Source: an uncultured Alphaproteobacteria bacterium
GTDB lineage: Bacteria; Pseudomonadota; Alphaproteobacteria; JAGOMX01
DNA: 64,000 bases
Assembly (NCBI GenBank): GCA_963780985.1
Contig: CAWAEF010000017.1
Location: 120,105 to 184,104, forward strand
Reading direction: 5' to 3'
Every line of letters starts with the position of its first letter. Positions within the stretch are counted from its first letter, which is position 1. The translations under genes were made by a program, and so were the position numbers. Shown in pieces: positions 54,454-64,000 of the stretch. The notes under the pieces are model-generated. The model saw only the letters and a list, made by a program, of their open reading frames with translations, searched no databases and was not told where the DNA came from.

Positions 54454-54808
54454 TATACCCATTCAAGGGCTGTTTTCCCTGCATTACGTTTGATGCCTAA
54501 CAGGTGAATTTGTTCTTATCGTATCATGAATTGTTGTGATGGGCATTGGTATTTTTCAACAGTGCCTAAAACAGGTGGTTCTAGAACAACCAAAATCGGT
54601 GACATCAAGACCACAGTGGGGTTTGAGGATTGGCCTGTAACAAACGTCCCAGAACTAGTCCCAATTGAGTTTGTTCCTAAACGCATCGTCTTTTGGGTTT
54701 TTGGGATGCTACTTAGACAAAAAGACAGCAGGCTTAACATTTTTCCTACGAAACAGACGGTTGTTTAAATCTTTTTTACAGAAAACAGCCGACTGTTTCA
54801 AGGGTATA
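54454..54808 (-). ncRNA. Putative structured RT-associated non-coding RNA
   Basis: Long-range pairing TATACCC/GGGTATA and GGCTGTTTTC/GAAAACAGCC brackets the region; internal hairpins and a direct repeat; no convincing ORF. Confidence 0.5.
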
Positions 54809-54848
54809 GGGCTGCGATAGCTGTGCGTTCGAAACGAAGATTCAGGCC

Positions 54849-56324
54849 CTAGCCCTTATCCAACATTTCCTTCAGCACATCATTCAGCAGCTTCGGATTC
54901 GCTTTGCCTTGCATGGCTTTCATGGCTTGGCCTACGAAGAATCCGAATAGTTTATCTTTGCCGCTGCGGTATTCTGCTACCTTATCGGCGTTATCCTTGA
55001 GGATCTGTTCGATGCAGGCGCGGATGGATGAATCGTCGCTGACTTGTTCGAGGCCTTTTTCTTTGACGATGTCGGCGGCTACTTTGCCGGACTCCCACAT
55101 TTCCAGGAACACATCCTTGGCTATACGTCCAGAAATAGTGCCATCGACGATCAGGTCCACCATTTCGGCCATGTGTTCAGGGGTCACTTTGGACTCTGTG
55201 ATGGTCAGGCTGTCTCGGTTCATGGCGCCAAACAGCTCGCTGGTAATCCAGTTGGCTAGCAGCTTTGGACTCTTATCATCCTTTTGTTTGGTCGCCGCAA
55301 GGGCAGACTCGTAATAGTCCGCAAAGTCACCATCAGATACAAGAACGGCCGCATCGTAAGGGCTTAGGCCCAGAGTCTCGATAAACCGACGCTTTTTAGC
55401 ATCGGGAAGCTCCGGCAGGCTCTGGCGAACGCGCTCCACGAGTTCCTCGGTCAATACCAGTGGTGGCAGATCGGGATCGGGGAAATAGCGATAGTCATGA
55501 GCCTCTTCTTTCGACCGCATACTGCGGGTTTCGCCGCGTACAGGATCAAACAAACGTGTCTCCTGGTCGACGGTTCCACCGTCCTCTAGGATCTCCATCT
55601 GGCGTTGAACTTCGTAGTCAACGGCCTGACCCATAAAGCGGATTGAGTTCACATTCTTGATCTCCGCACGGGTACCCAATTCAGCCCCAGGACGGCGCAA
55701 GGATACGTTCACATCGGCGCGCATACTCCCCTGCTCCATGTTGCCGTCGCAAGTGCCTAAGTAACGCACCAGCGAACGCAAGCTTTTGACAAATGCCATG
55801 GCCTCTTCTCGGCTGGACATGTCAGGCATGGTGACGATCTCCATCAACGCCACACCTGAACGGTTCAGGTCGATAAAGGTCTTGTTGGGATGCTGGTCAT
55901 GTATACTCTTACCGGCGTCCTGTTCCAGGTGGATACGCTCAATGCGGATGGTCTTACTGGTGCCATCAGCCAAGTCAATGTCCAAATGCCCCTCGCCAAC
56001 GATGGGGTGCTTATACTGGGAAATCTGGTATCCCGCGGGCAGATCCGGATAGAAATAGTTCTTCCGATCAAAAACCGAATGCTTGTTAATCTTGGCATGT
56101 AGCCCCAAACCTGTCTTGATGGCTTGACTCACGCAGTAGTCATTTATCACCGGCAACGTGCCTGGAAAACCCGCATCTACCAAGGATACTTGGCTATTGG
56201 GGTCTGCACCGAATTCAGTGGATGCGCCGGAAAATAACTTGGAATTAGAAGTAACCTGAGCATGGACTTCAAGACCGATAACTACTTCCCAAGGGCCTGT
56301 GCGGCCTTCTACATATGACGTCAT
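54849..56324 (-). CDS. gatB: Asp-tRNA(Asn)/Glu-tRNA(Gln) amidotransferase subunit B
   Basis: [47 protein letters not shown]. Confidence 0.98.
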   Translation of the reverse strand: MTSYVEGRTGPWEVVIGLEVHAQVTSNSKLFSGASTEFGADPNSQVSLVDAGFPGTLPVINDYCVSQAIKTGLGLHAKINKHSVFDRKNYFYPDLPAGYQISQYKHPIVGEGHLDIDLADGTSKTIRIERIHLEQDAGKSIHDQHPNKTFIDLNRSGVALMEIVTMPDMSSREEAMAFVKSLRSLVRYLGTCDGNMEQGSMRADVNVSLRRPGAELGTRAEIKNVNSIRFMGQAVDYEVQRQMEILEDGGTVDQETRLFDPVRGETRSMRSKEEAHDYRYFPDPDLPPLVLTEELVERVRQSLPELPDAKKRRFIETLGLSPYDAAVLVSDGDFADYYESALAATKQKDDKSPKLLANWITSELFGAMNRDSLTITESKVTPEHMAEMVDLIVDGTISGRIAKDVFLEMWESGKVAADIVKEKGLEQVSDDSSIRACIEQILKDNADKVAEYRSGKDKLFGFFVGQAMKAMQGKANPKLLNDVLKEMLDKG

Positions 56325-57802
56325 GATGCTTTCCTCAATTCCGATACCTGGCTCTGAAAGTTTGCGGCTTCTTCAATGACACGAGCCGCCTTAAAGAGAG
56401 TGACCTCGTCAAAAGACTTACCCACCAGCTGCAGCCCCAAAGGCAAACCATCCCGCGTAAGCCCACCAGGCAGAGACATCGCTGGCAGCCCCGCCAAATT
56501 CGCAGGCACTGCGAGCACGTCATTCATGTACATCTCAACCGGGTCCGTTGGTGGATTGTCCAAGGAAAACGCTGCCGTAGGGGTGGTTGGGGTCAGAATG
56601 CAGTCCACCTTCGTGAACGCCTGTTCAAAGTCTTGGGTGATTAGCCTGCGAACCTTTTGCGCCTTTAAGAAGTAAGCATCATAGTAACCAGCCGACAGCA
56701 CATAGGTGCCGATCATAATACGACGCTGAACCTCGTTACCAAAGCCCTCGCCTCGGGTCAGTTCATAAAGATCCGTCAGGTCCTTGCCTTCAACCCGCTG
56801 GCCATAACGGACCCCGTCATAGCGAGCCAAGTTCGATGACGCCTCCGCAGGCGCAATAATATAATAGGTCGGCAGAGCATATTTCGTGTGAGGCAAGCTG
56901 ATATCAACGATCTCAGCGCCCGCTTCCTTAAGCCACTGCACACCCTGATGCCACAATTCTGTGATTTCTGAGCGCATACCCTCTACTTGGTATTCCTTGG
57001 GGATACCAACGCGCAGACCCTTAACGTTGCCCGTCAGCAGGGATTCAAAGTTAGGAACAGCGATATCATAGGACGTGGCGTCCTTGGCATCAAAGCCAGC
57101 CATCGCCTCAAGCATGATGGCAGCATCTTTTACCGTTCTGGTAATCGGCCCAGCCTGATCGAGGGATGAAGCGAAAGCCACAACACCCCAACGAGAACAA
57201 CGGCCATAGGTAGGCTTGACACCAACCAAACCACAAAAAGCAGCCGGCTGGCGAATAGACCCGCCCGTATCTGTTGCCGTCGCGGCCAAGCAAGCATGGG
57301 CCGCTACGGCCGCAGCAGAGCCTCCAGAAGAGCCTCCGGGAACTAATTTGGTATTATCACCCTTGCGCTTCCAAGGGTTTTCTACGGGCCCGTAATGGGT
57401 GTTCAAGTTAGCCGAGCCCATGGCGAACTCGTCCATGTTAATTTTGCCCAAAGAAACAGCGCCAGCGTCTTTTAAGTTCTGGCTGACCGTTGACTCATAG
57501 GTGGGCACAAAGTTGCTTAAAAGCTTGGAAGCGGCCGTAGTCAATGTACCTTTGGTACAAAACAGGTCCTTCATGCCAATGGGCAGACCTTCCATGATCC
57601 CGGCTTTGTCAGCCGCAAGCTTTTGATCACTAGCCTTTGCTTGCTCCAGAGCGAGTTCAGGCGTCTCCGTAATAAAGGCGTTCAGAGACCGCGTAGCCTC
57701 CATTTGTTTAATGTGGGCTTGGGTCAGCTCAACGCTGGAAAACTGTTTACTGCGCAGACCTTCACGGGCTTCACTGAGGGTTAGTTTTATGAGTTCATTC
57801 AT
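56321..57802 (-). CDS. gatA: Amidotransferase subunit A
   Basis: [40 protein letters not shown]. Confidence 0.98.
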   Translation of the reverse strand: MNELIKLTLSEAREGLRSKQFSSVELTQAHIKQMEATRSLNAFITETPELALEQAKASDQKLAADKAGIMEGLPIGMKDLFCTKGTLTTAASKLLSNFVPTYESTVSQNLKDAGAVSLGKINMDEFAMGSANLNTHYGPVENPWKRKGDNTKLVPGGSSGGSAAAVAAHACLAATATDTGGSIRQPAAFCGLVGVKPTYGRCSRWGVVAFASSLDQAGPITRTVKDAAIMLEAMAGFDAKDATSYDIAVPNFESLLTGNVKGLRVGIPKEYQVEGMRSEITELWHQGVQWLKEAGAEIVDISLPHTKYALPTYYIIAPAEASSNLARYDGVRYGQRVEGKDLTDLYELTRGEGFGNEVQRRIMIGTYVLSAGYYDAYFLKAQKVRRLITQDFEQAFTKVDCILTPTTPTAAFSLDNPPTDPVEMYMNDVLAVPANLAGLPAMSLPGGLTRDGLPLGLQLVGKSFDEVTLFKAARVIEEAANFQSQVSELRKAS

Positions 57803-57807
57803 GAGGC

Positions 57808-58098
57808 TTACTCCACCACTTTCGGCACAACGAACATGTCGAATTGCGCGCCACCCGGCGCGTTTGCAACGATATCCTTGGCGATACCACCATCGGTTAC
57901 CACATCTTCTCGACGGCGCATCTGTTCTTGGTTGACCGCAAACATGGGCTCGACGTTCTTGACGTCCAGCTCATTCAGTTGGTCGATCCAGTCCAGTATG
58001 TGGCTCAAGCTTTGTCGCATAGCCTCGATGCTGTCCGCAGACATACGCAGACGGGCAAGGTGGGCTACCTTTTCGACGTTTTCTCGAGTAAGTTCCAT
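57808..58098 (-). CDS. gatC: Amidotransferase subunit C
   Basis: [17 protein letters not shown]...REDVV...NAP...FVVPKVVE. Confidence 0.95.
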   Translation of the reverse strand: MELTRENVEKVAHLARLRMSADSIEAMRQSLSHILDWIDQLNELDVKNVEPMFAVNQEQMRRREDVVTDGGIAKDIVANAPGGAQFDMFVVPKVVE

Positions 58099-58120
58099 AA
58101 GTAAACTCCTGATAAAAAAG

Positions 58121-58396
58121 TTAGGACATAGAAGCAGCCGGCGCGCCGGGCAAATCATTGCGAGCACGCCATAGCTCTTCCAGCGTACACGGGGCCGAGT
58201 CACAAAAATCCATGATGATCTCATCGGTGGACAAGATAAAGTCCAAGATTCCCGCCCAAGCTTCAGGCTGATCAGCGACCTCATAAAGCTCCGCAAGGCT
58301 TACGCCACTAGCGTCCACGAACAGGTCGAGAATATCCTCTCGCTCCGCTAAGAACGTTAGGGCTTTTATTGAAAGTAATTCTGTTGCATCATTCAT
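58121..58396 (-). CDS. DUF3572 family protein
   Basis: ALTFLA...LFVDASG...GILDFILSTD...ARNDLPG. Confidence 0.75.
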   Translation of the reverse strand: MNDATELLSIKALTFLAEREDILDLFVDASGVSLAELYEVADQPEAWAGILDFILSTDEIIMDFCDSAPCTLEELWRARNDLPGAPAASMS

Positions 58397-58427
58397 AATA
58401 GGGACAATAACCAATTAAGCGAAAAAA

Positions 58428-59051
58428 ATGAACCATAAAAATGGCTCCGTCACAAATATTTTTCTAGCGGTCGAATTTGATGACGATACAAAACAGCTGC
58501 TAGCGCGCAAGCTATTCCTTCTGGATTACAAGGATTACCTTCGTACTGAGCCGAAACGGAACTTCCACATTACCCTAGGATACATCAGAGACGTTCATGA
58601 AACTCAACGACGAGAGATCATAAACGCCTTCAAACCCTTAAAGGAACATCACCCCTTTACCGCCCACGTGGAAGCGCCCATCATCTTCGGCGCCCATCAC
58701 CAAATGTTGTGCGTCCGCCACAGCCCCTTTGAGATGTTTGATGAGCTTCACACAACAGCCAAAGCCTTGCTGAGCGAGCATACCCAGTTCAAATTTGATG
58801 AAAAGCACCCGACATTCATACCCCATACTAAAATCCAAACAGTCCGTCGCAGTACCAGTCACGAAATGCGTGACGAGATCATTTTCGAGTTTAACAGACT
58901 GAATATGAGAAAACTGGATTTTAAGGTCAAGTCACTGGCGTTGATGCACAGGATTGATAAGGACTATATCACCTTGTATCGCTATGAGCTGAAAAAACCT
59001 GGAAGTCCCAGCAGTGGGCATGAGGAAAAGACTCATGAGAATTCGGGGTGA
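58428..59051 (+). CDS. thpR: RNA 2',3'-cyclic phosphodiesterase (2H phosphoesterase, 2'-5' RNA ligase family)
   Basis: IFLAV, two 2H motifs FHITL and PHTK. Confidence 0.8.
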   Translation: MNHKNGSVTNIFLAVEFDDDTKQLLARKLFLLDYKDYLRTEPKRNFHITLGYIRDVHETQRREIINAFKPLKEHHPFTAHVEAPIIFGAHHQMLCVRHSPFEMFDELHTTAKALLSEHTQFKFDEKHPTFIPHTKIQTVRRSTSHEMRDEIIFEFNRLNMRKLDFKVKSLALMHRIDKDYITLYRYELKKPGSPSSGHEEKTHENSG

Positions 59052-59142
59052 GAAGACTAGGCTCATACGCAAATCGTGTGAAGAATCATTATGCTAAGCC
59101 GAACACGAGTATGGATAATAGCAAAGAGTATATTCCCGGCGC

Positions 59143-59356
59143 CCGTCATCCTGAACGAACGACCGCGAAGCGGGCGGGAGAGAAGGATCCAGTCAGACAT
59201 GCGTCGCGAAGCGACTCTGCTTATAAATATATCAATCAAACTAGATGGCGTCAGAAAAACGAATGGGGGCCATATACAGAAGAGTCGCTGCGCGACACAT
59301 GTCTGACTGGATCCTTCTCTCCCGCCCGCTTCGCGGTCGTCCGTTCAGGATGACGG
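59143..59356. repeat. Long CGTC-type palindrome (~76-bp arms, ~62-bp loop)
   Basis: ccgtcatcctgaacgaacgaccgcgaagcgggcgggagagaaggatccagtcagacatg... and its reverse complement ending ...ggatgacgg. Confidence 0.93.
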
Positions 59357-59445
59357 TTGCGGGGGGTAGAATTAATTATTCGGGGTGCTAGGCACCCTAC
59401 TCCCTAAACGAAAGTGGCAACGACTCTCGCCGTCACCTCGTAGAA

Positions 59446-60138
59446 TCACTGATAATCGTCATCGTCCTTAGGATAACCATAGGCATCATAAGCGGAAGCG
59501 TAGTTTTCTTTAGGAACGTTGGGATCAAAGGGGGCATAGGCTGGTGTGTTGGGTACGTCAAAATTAGCATTGGGAAAGGAATTAAAATCGACGTTCTTCA
59601 GGATAGTAACCGACCAAGCTTGGGGTCCCTGATCCGTGAAGGCTACCTGCATGCGGACCTGATCGCCGGGTTCCAGTTTTTCCATTCCATGACGGCGCAG
59701 GACGCTGGAGTGAACGAAGATCTCTCGATCTATCCCCTTGGGCATAATAAAACCAAACCCTCGGATGGCGTTAAACCATTTGACGATGCCGTACATTTCA
59801 TGAAGTGAACGATTGGGAACCGTGCTGGGGCCGCGGCATTCGAAGCCTTCAACCTTATTACGAACTTCCATGATTTCACGAACCTGGCGCCCTGCTTGAC
59901 CATCGCAGATCCTACAAAGCAACTCCGTTCCGGCACCAAGGTGCTGATAGCCCGCTGCGTCAACAACAGAGAAGTGCAAGAAAATGTCTTCTGAGCTGAC
60001 TTTTGGAATAACGAAACCAAACCCTTTAACAGGGTTAAACCATTTCACGATACACTCAATGACCTCACAGTTGAGATCGAGATCCTCGGTCTTGCCTTCA
60101 CAGCTTTCATTATAGACGACGTCACCCGCGTAACTCAT
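59446..60138 (-). CDS. Tandem cold-shock-domain protein
   Basis: Two CSDs: VKWFNPVKGFGFV...DIFLHFS and VKWFNAIRGFGFI...EIFVHSS. Confidence 0.92.
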   Translation of the reverse strand: MSYAGDVVYNESCEGKTEDLDLNCEVIECIVKWFNPVKGFGFVIPKVSSEDIFLHFSVVDAAGYQHLGAGTELLCRICDGQAGRQVREIMEVRNKVEGFECRGPSTVPNRSLHEMYGIVKWFNAIRGFGFIMPKGIDREIFVHSSVLRRHGMEKLEPGDQVRMQVAFTDQGPQAWSVTILKNVDFNSFPNANFDVPNTPAYAPFDPNVPKENYASAYDAYGYPKDDDDYQ

Positions 60139-60398
60139 CCCTCGTGTCCTCCACTAAACGTAAAATTCTTCACCTGCATTTTATTTAAACTCCACTTAAC
60201 AAAAAAACAACGTTACCATTCGTTAACCGTACCATAAAGCCAGAAACGACTTCGTAACTTCAATACGATGAACTTCTTATTTAATACTACACTTCATCAC
60301 AGTGATATTGCATAGTTCCAATATAGTTGTCAAACAATATTCAACTATCTGGCATGCTATTTGTGCATAGCAAATCTAGTTTGATAGATCTGATTTTG

Positions 60399-61760
60399 CT
60401 ATTTATCCAGTACCTTAGCCCTTGCTGTCCATGTCAAGGCAAAGGTTAGCATGCCTAAAATTGCGCTGCCAATAAAGAATGTAAATCCACCGGCCCAGCC
60501 CCAATTATCAGCTACATAACCTATGCCTACGCCGCTGATCGCGACGCCAAGATACCCAAAAGTACCTGTCAGGCCTGTGGCCATACCAGCCGCCTTTTTC
60601 GAGGCGAAATCCGCCGCGGCGACGCCCACGAGGACTTGGGGACCATAGATCAAAAACCCAACAGCTATCATAGCCATAGAATCTAACCATACGGAGCCAG
60701 GACTGTGCCAGAAAGCAAACAGAACCAACGCCAAGAGCCCCATAAAAATACAACCAACTGGACCACGGCGACCGTTGAAAAGGCGATCGGAGGCATAGCC
60801 CGCGGCCAGACCGCCCAGGATACCGGCAATTTCAAGACCAAAGGTCTGCCATGAAGATGTAACCAGAGAACTGCCCTTCATCTCCTGAAGGAACGTGGGT
60901 GCCCAGGTAAAGATACTTGAGCGTATGATATAGAGGAACATGTTAGCGACGCATACCAACCAAACAACACGGCTTGTAAAGACCAGTCGCAACAGCTCGC
61001 GCGAGCTGGCATGCACTTCTTCCTTAACGTCATCCTTATGAACCAGATTCTTATAGACTTCCACAGGTGGCAAACCCAACGACTGGGGCGTATCCCGCAG
61101 CAGCGCAAACAATATAACTGCAGCCACCAAAGCGATCACAGCAGGCACATAGAAGGCCGATTGCCAACCAAAATCAGCTACCAGATAAGCAGCCAACACA
61201 TAAGTAATAGCTCCGCCCAAGGGCTGGGAGGAATTCCAGATTGCCCATTTGGTGCCAATTTCTTTTGGACCATACCAATGAGTCAATAAGCGCGCCACGG
61301 GCGGCCATCCCATAGACTGGAACCACCCACTGATGCCCCAACAGATAGAGAAAAAGAGAAGACTTTCACCAAAACCAACAAACAGGTTTACGATAGCCGA
61401 CCCTACTAACCCCGCTGTCATAAAATAACGGGCATTCGAGCGGTCGCTTAGAAAGCCATTGAGAAATTTTCCTGCCCCATAAACAATAGCAAAGGTTGTC
61501 ACAACCATGCCCAGCTCGGCTTTCGAGTAGCCGTATTGGGCCTGCAGCGTTGGAATAACCACTGAAAAGTTCAAGCGCACGAGATAGAAAACCGCATAAC
61601 CAAAAATAGTGGCAAAGAGAATACGAACACGCCAATGGCGATACATCGACACTTGGTCGTTACTCAATCCACCATTGGTGAAAGTCGTCAAATCAAAAGG
61701 CTCGGTAGCAGCGATCACAGGACTAATTGCGGCATCTTGTACTTTAGCGAGATGGGGCAA
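60399..61760 (-). CDS. MFS organophosphate:Pi antiporter (GlpT/UhpC/UhpT family)
   Basis: GYAVFYLVRLNF, LSDRSNARYF, QSMGWPP, LRDTPQSLGLP, YGPQ, AAGMATGLTGTFGY. Confidence 0.92.
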   Translation of the reverse strand: MPHLAKVQDAAISPVIAATEPFDLTTFTNGGLSNDQVSMYRHWRVRILFATIFGYAVFYLVRLNFSVVIPTLQAQYGYSKAELGMVVTTFAIVYGAGKFLNGFLSDRSNARYFMTAGLVGSAIVNLFVGFGESLLFFSICWGISGWFQSMGWPPVARLLTHWYGPKEIGTKWAIWNSSQPLGGAITYVLAAYLVADFGWQSAFYVPAVIALVAAVILFALLRDTPQSLGLPPVEVYKNLVHKDDVKEEVHASSRELLRLVFTSRVVWLVCVANMFLYIIRSSIFTWAPTFLQEMKGSSLVTSSWQTFGLEIAGILGGLAAGYASDRLFNGRRGPVGCIFMGLLALVLFAFWHSPGSVWLDSMAMIAVGFLIYGPQVLVGVAAADFASKKAAGMATGLTGTFGYLGVAISGVGIGYVADNWGWAGGFTFFIGSAILGMLTFALTWTARAKVLDK

Positions 61761-61917
61761 TGTGTATCTCCTTAATCTAAAAATTTAAAGACGGTGTAGG
61801 TTATCAAAAATATCACCCCCGTCAAACGAATTTTACAACACCCGGTTTACTCGGCTGATTGGTTGTGGTATCACAAACTTGAATTGATGACGAGAAAAAA
61901 ATTACCTCGGAGCTATA

Positions 61918-62940
61918 ATGATCTCAGCCAGGCCAAATTTTATTACACAAGGACAGTATCCATCCACCCGGATGCGCCGTAACCGCAAGGCGGATTGGAA
62001 CAGAAGGCTTGTGGCTGAGACGAGACTCTCGGTTGATGACTTGATCTTGCCGATGTTTGTGCGCGATGCCACCTGTGAGCGGGAAATACCGTCTATGCCA
62101 GGTGTCTATCGCCATACGGTTGAGGAAATCATTGATATTGTGGGCCAAGCCCACGATGCGCATATTCCGGCAATTTGCTTGTTCCCCTATCACGCCCGTG
62201 AAAAACGCCTGGATAACGTTGAGCATATGCTCACACCAGAAAACATATTCTGCCAGGCGATCCGTGAAATAAAAAAAGCTTTTCCAGATATTGGCATTAT
62301 AACAGATGTCGCCTTGGACTGTTATGCAGCCCACGGCCAAGATGGCGTGATCAGGGATGGGCTGGTCCTAAATGATGAGACCAATCGGGTGCTTTCCGAA
62401 TATACCGTTACGCTTGCTGAGGCTGGTGCGGATGTAGTTGCCCCCTCAGATATGATGGATGGACGGATTGGTGTCATACGAGACCGTCTTGACGCGGCAG
62501 GCTTTCAAGAAACAAGCATCATGTCCTATGCGGCCAAGTATGCTTCAAACTTTTATGGCCCTTTCCGCGATGCGGTAGGTTCAAAAAAATGTTTAGCAGA
62601 AGCGGATAAAAAAACCTACCAGCTGGATTTTCATAATGCTCAAGAAGCGATGCGAGAGACCGCTCTGGATATCCAAGAAGGCGCCGATATGGTAATCGTC
62701 AAGCCCGGAATGCCTTATCTAGACATCGTACGGGGAGTGAAAGATACCTTTGGCATGCCGACATTTGTGTATCATGTCAGTGGCGAGTACTCTATGCTAA
62801 AAGCAGCTGCCATGAATGGCTGGCTAGATTATGATGCTTGTTTATACGAGACATTAACAGCCTGTAAACGAGCAGGTGCAGATGGTATACTGACCTATGC
62901 AGCGCTGGAAGCAGCGGATATAATAAAAAAAGGTATATAA
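61918..62940 (+). CDS. hemB: Porphobilinogen synthase (ALA dehydratase)
   Basis: RMRRNR, TDVALDCY..HGQDG, APSDMMDGR, YGPFRDAV, VKPGMPYLD, YHVSGEY. Confidence 0.97.
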   Translation: MISARPNFITQGQYPSTRMRRNRKADWNRRLVAETRLSVDDLILPMFVRDATCEREIPSMPGVYRHTVEEIIDIVGQAHDAHIPAICLFPYHAREKRLDNVEHMLTPENIFCQAIREIKKAFPDIGIITDVALDCYAAHGQDGVIRDGLVLNDETNRVLSEYTVTLAEAGADVVAPSDMMDGRIGVIRDRLDAAGFQETSIMSYAAKYASNFYGPFRDAVGSKKCLAEADKKTYQLDFHNAQEAMRETALDIQEGADMVIVKPGMPYLDIVRGVKDTFGMPTFVYHVSGEYSMLKAAAMNGWLDYDACLYETLTACKRAGADGILTYAALEAADIIKKGI

Positions 62941-62941
62941 C

Positions 62942-63208
62942 ATGACGTATACAATTTCTCTCCTGACTCTGGCGCTCTGCCTGACTGGATGCTCTGTCGG
63001 CACCCAAGTGGTGGGACGAGATGTTGATATAGAAAAACCCTTTCCGGATCTCCACACCGTTCCTGATCGTCCGCAGCCCAAAGATTTTAGTAACATCGAT
63101 GTAGAACGCGAAGATTTCGAGAACGACCATGAAACGAAGATGGAACGAAACCAGGAAATCCGGCATACATACAAGGCCCCGGAACGGGAAGTCGTGAAGA
63201 AAGATTAA
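62942..63208 (+). CDS. Small lipoprotein
   Basis: Lipobox LTGC; PFPDLHTVPDRP. Confidence 0.7.
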   Translation: MTYTISLLTLALCLTGCSVGTQVVGRDVDIEKPFPDLHTVPDRPQPKDFSNIDVEREDFENDHETKMERNQEIRHTYKAPEREVVKKD

Positions 63209-63248
63209 GACACCTGGACGAGTTGTTACCATACTCCCTAGCCCACTG

Positions 63249-63297
63249 CCGTCATTCAGAACGCAGCTCCGCGCAGCGGAGTTAGCGTGGGATCCAG
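63249..63297 (+). repeat. Single arm of a CGTC-type repeat
   Basis: ccgtcattcagaacgcagctccgcgcagcggagttagcgtgggatccag resembles the left arms at 59143 and 33877. Confidence 0.5.
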
Positions 63298-63342
63298 CAT
63301 GTACGCGTGGGGACAGAATTAACAATTCGGGATACCAGAACT

Positions 63343-63380
63343 AGGCAAAATCTGCCGGCTACAACCGGCAAATTTTGCCG
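63343..63380. promoter_or_regulatory. Two ftr-like (FlbD-type) enhancer palindromes
   Basis: AGGCAAAATCTGCCG and CGGCAAATTTTGCCG, ~90-120 bp upstream of the sigma54 site. Confidence 0.7.
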
Positions 63381-63465
63381 CAAGACCAATAAACAGTCAT
63401 CAAAACTCATTCAAATCTCACCATAAAATCCCGATAACTCACCACCGACCGCTCATACCTCAGCT

Positions 63466-63481
63466 TGGCATGGGTCTTGCA
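63466..63481 (+). promoter_or_regulatory. Sigma-54 -24/-12 promoter of the flagellin gene
   Basis: TGGCATGGGTCTTGCA with correct GG-N10-GC spacing. Confidence 0.85.
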
Positions 63482-63544
63482 TCGTATCTATTGCGTCCCA
63501 TGAAGGGGCGTAATTTTAACGCACGAAGCGAAAGGAACTATAAC

Positions 63545-64000
63545 ATGCCTATTACAGGTCTAACAAATACGACAGCAAACAGTATCACAAACATTTGGGG
63601 AAAGAAATCCGGTGAAGCTGGTGACAGCGCTCAGGTTATTTCAGGCGGTAGTCGTCTGATCAGAGCTTCGGTCGACGCTTCTTCGCTCGCAATTTCTGAG
63701 AAGCTACGTACGAACATCGAAGTGTTAACCCAAGCAAACCGTAACGCAGCCCAGGGTGCGTCAGTGGTTCAGCTAGCCGTGGGTGCACAGCAGAACATCT
63801 TGAGTATTTTGACATCTTTGAAAAGTCTGACCACAAAGGCGAACGATGGTTCACAGGACGCTTCAGCGCGCGCGTTGATCGACAGCGAATTCCAGAAAAT
63901 GTTGTCTCAGGTTGACAACATCGCTAACCAGGTTCGTTGGAACGGTTCTTCTTTGCTAACAGGTGCAGCTGGTGCTGTGACTGTTGCCGCAGCTAATGCT
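63545..64000 (+). CDS. fliC: Flagellin, 5' part (runs off the window end; not in the ORF track)
   Basis: Hand translation MPITGLTNTTA...ISGGSRLIRASVDASSLAISEKLRTNIEVLTQANRNAAQGASVVQLA...ARALIDSEFQKMLSQVDNIANQVRWNGSSLLTG. Confidence 0.92.
   Translation, partial: MPITGLTNTTANSITNIWGKKSGEAGDSAQVISGGSRLIRASVDASSLAISEKLRTNIEVLTQANRNAAQGASVVQLAVGAQQNILSILTSLKSLTTKANDGSQDASARALIDSEFQKMLSQVDNIANQVRWNGSSLLTGAAGAVTVAAANA

Noticed and set aside
54516-54768. Short ORFs (74 aa minus, 80 aa plus) upstream of the RT as accessory proteins
   Set aside because: No recognisable motifs, and the region is better explained by RNA structure; a small accessory gene cannot be fully excluded.
53000-54850. Canonical DGR (TR/VR pair plus avd), retron or group II intron
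   Set aside because: No ~100-bp near-identical TR in the window, no Avd-like ORF, no retron VTG/NAxxH motifs, and no domain V/VI after the RT stop, which abuts another gene.
59048-59353. ORFs of 101 and 71 aa
   Set aside because: They are read-throughs of the palindromic repeat.
60350-60366. Sigma54-like TGGCATGCTATTTGT
   Set aside because: Lacks GC at -12, and no suitably oriented gene follows.

Overview
Chromosomal segment of an alphaproteobacterium, inferred to be a Holosporales/Caedimonadales-like host-associated lineage. The basis is the rnd-kdsD-lptC-lptA-lptB-rpoN gene order, DUF3572 and NDUFA9-like genes, CtrA- and FlbD-type sites, a GlpT/UhpC transporter and many orphan proteins with signal peptides. 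Core genes (rpoN, lptABC, kdsD, rnd, tRNA-Leu, tRNA-Ser, gatCAB, thpR, hemB, flagellin) flank ~50 kb of mostly accessory DNA. This includes an integrase remnant at tRNA-Ser, several secreted effector-like orphans, a CDP-sugar/GT2/flippase/GT-C glycosylation cluster, a TolC gene followed by a ~12.6-kb giant Ig/cadherin-repeat surface-protein gene, and palindromic repeats. The most striking candidate for a new system is at 52.3-54.8 kb. An unclassified reverse transcriptase (YMDD, PKG in place of PQG) follows a ~350-nt non-coding region closed by a long-range inverted repeat. It converges tail-to-tail on a secreted protein whose 3' end has a 50-nt tract that is 78% GC with a single adenine, which suggests a non-canonical DGR-like diversifier. 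That function is inference, not demonstrated. Many genes, including conserved housekeeping genes, carry small frameshifts that are most likely sequencing or assembly indels.
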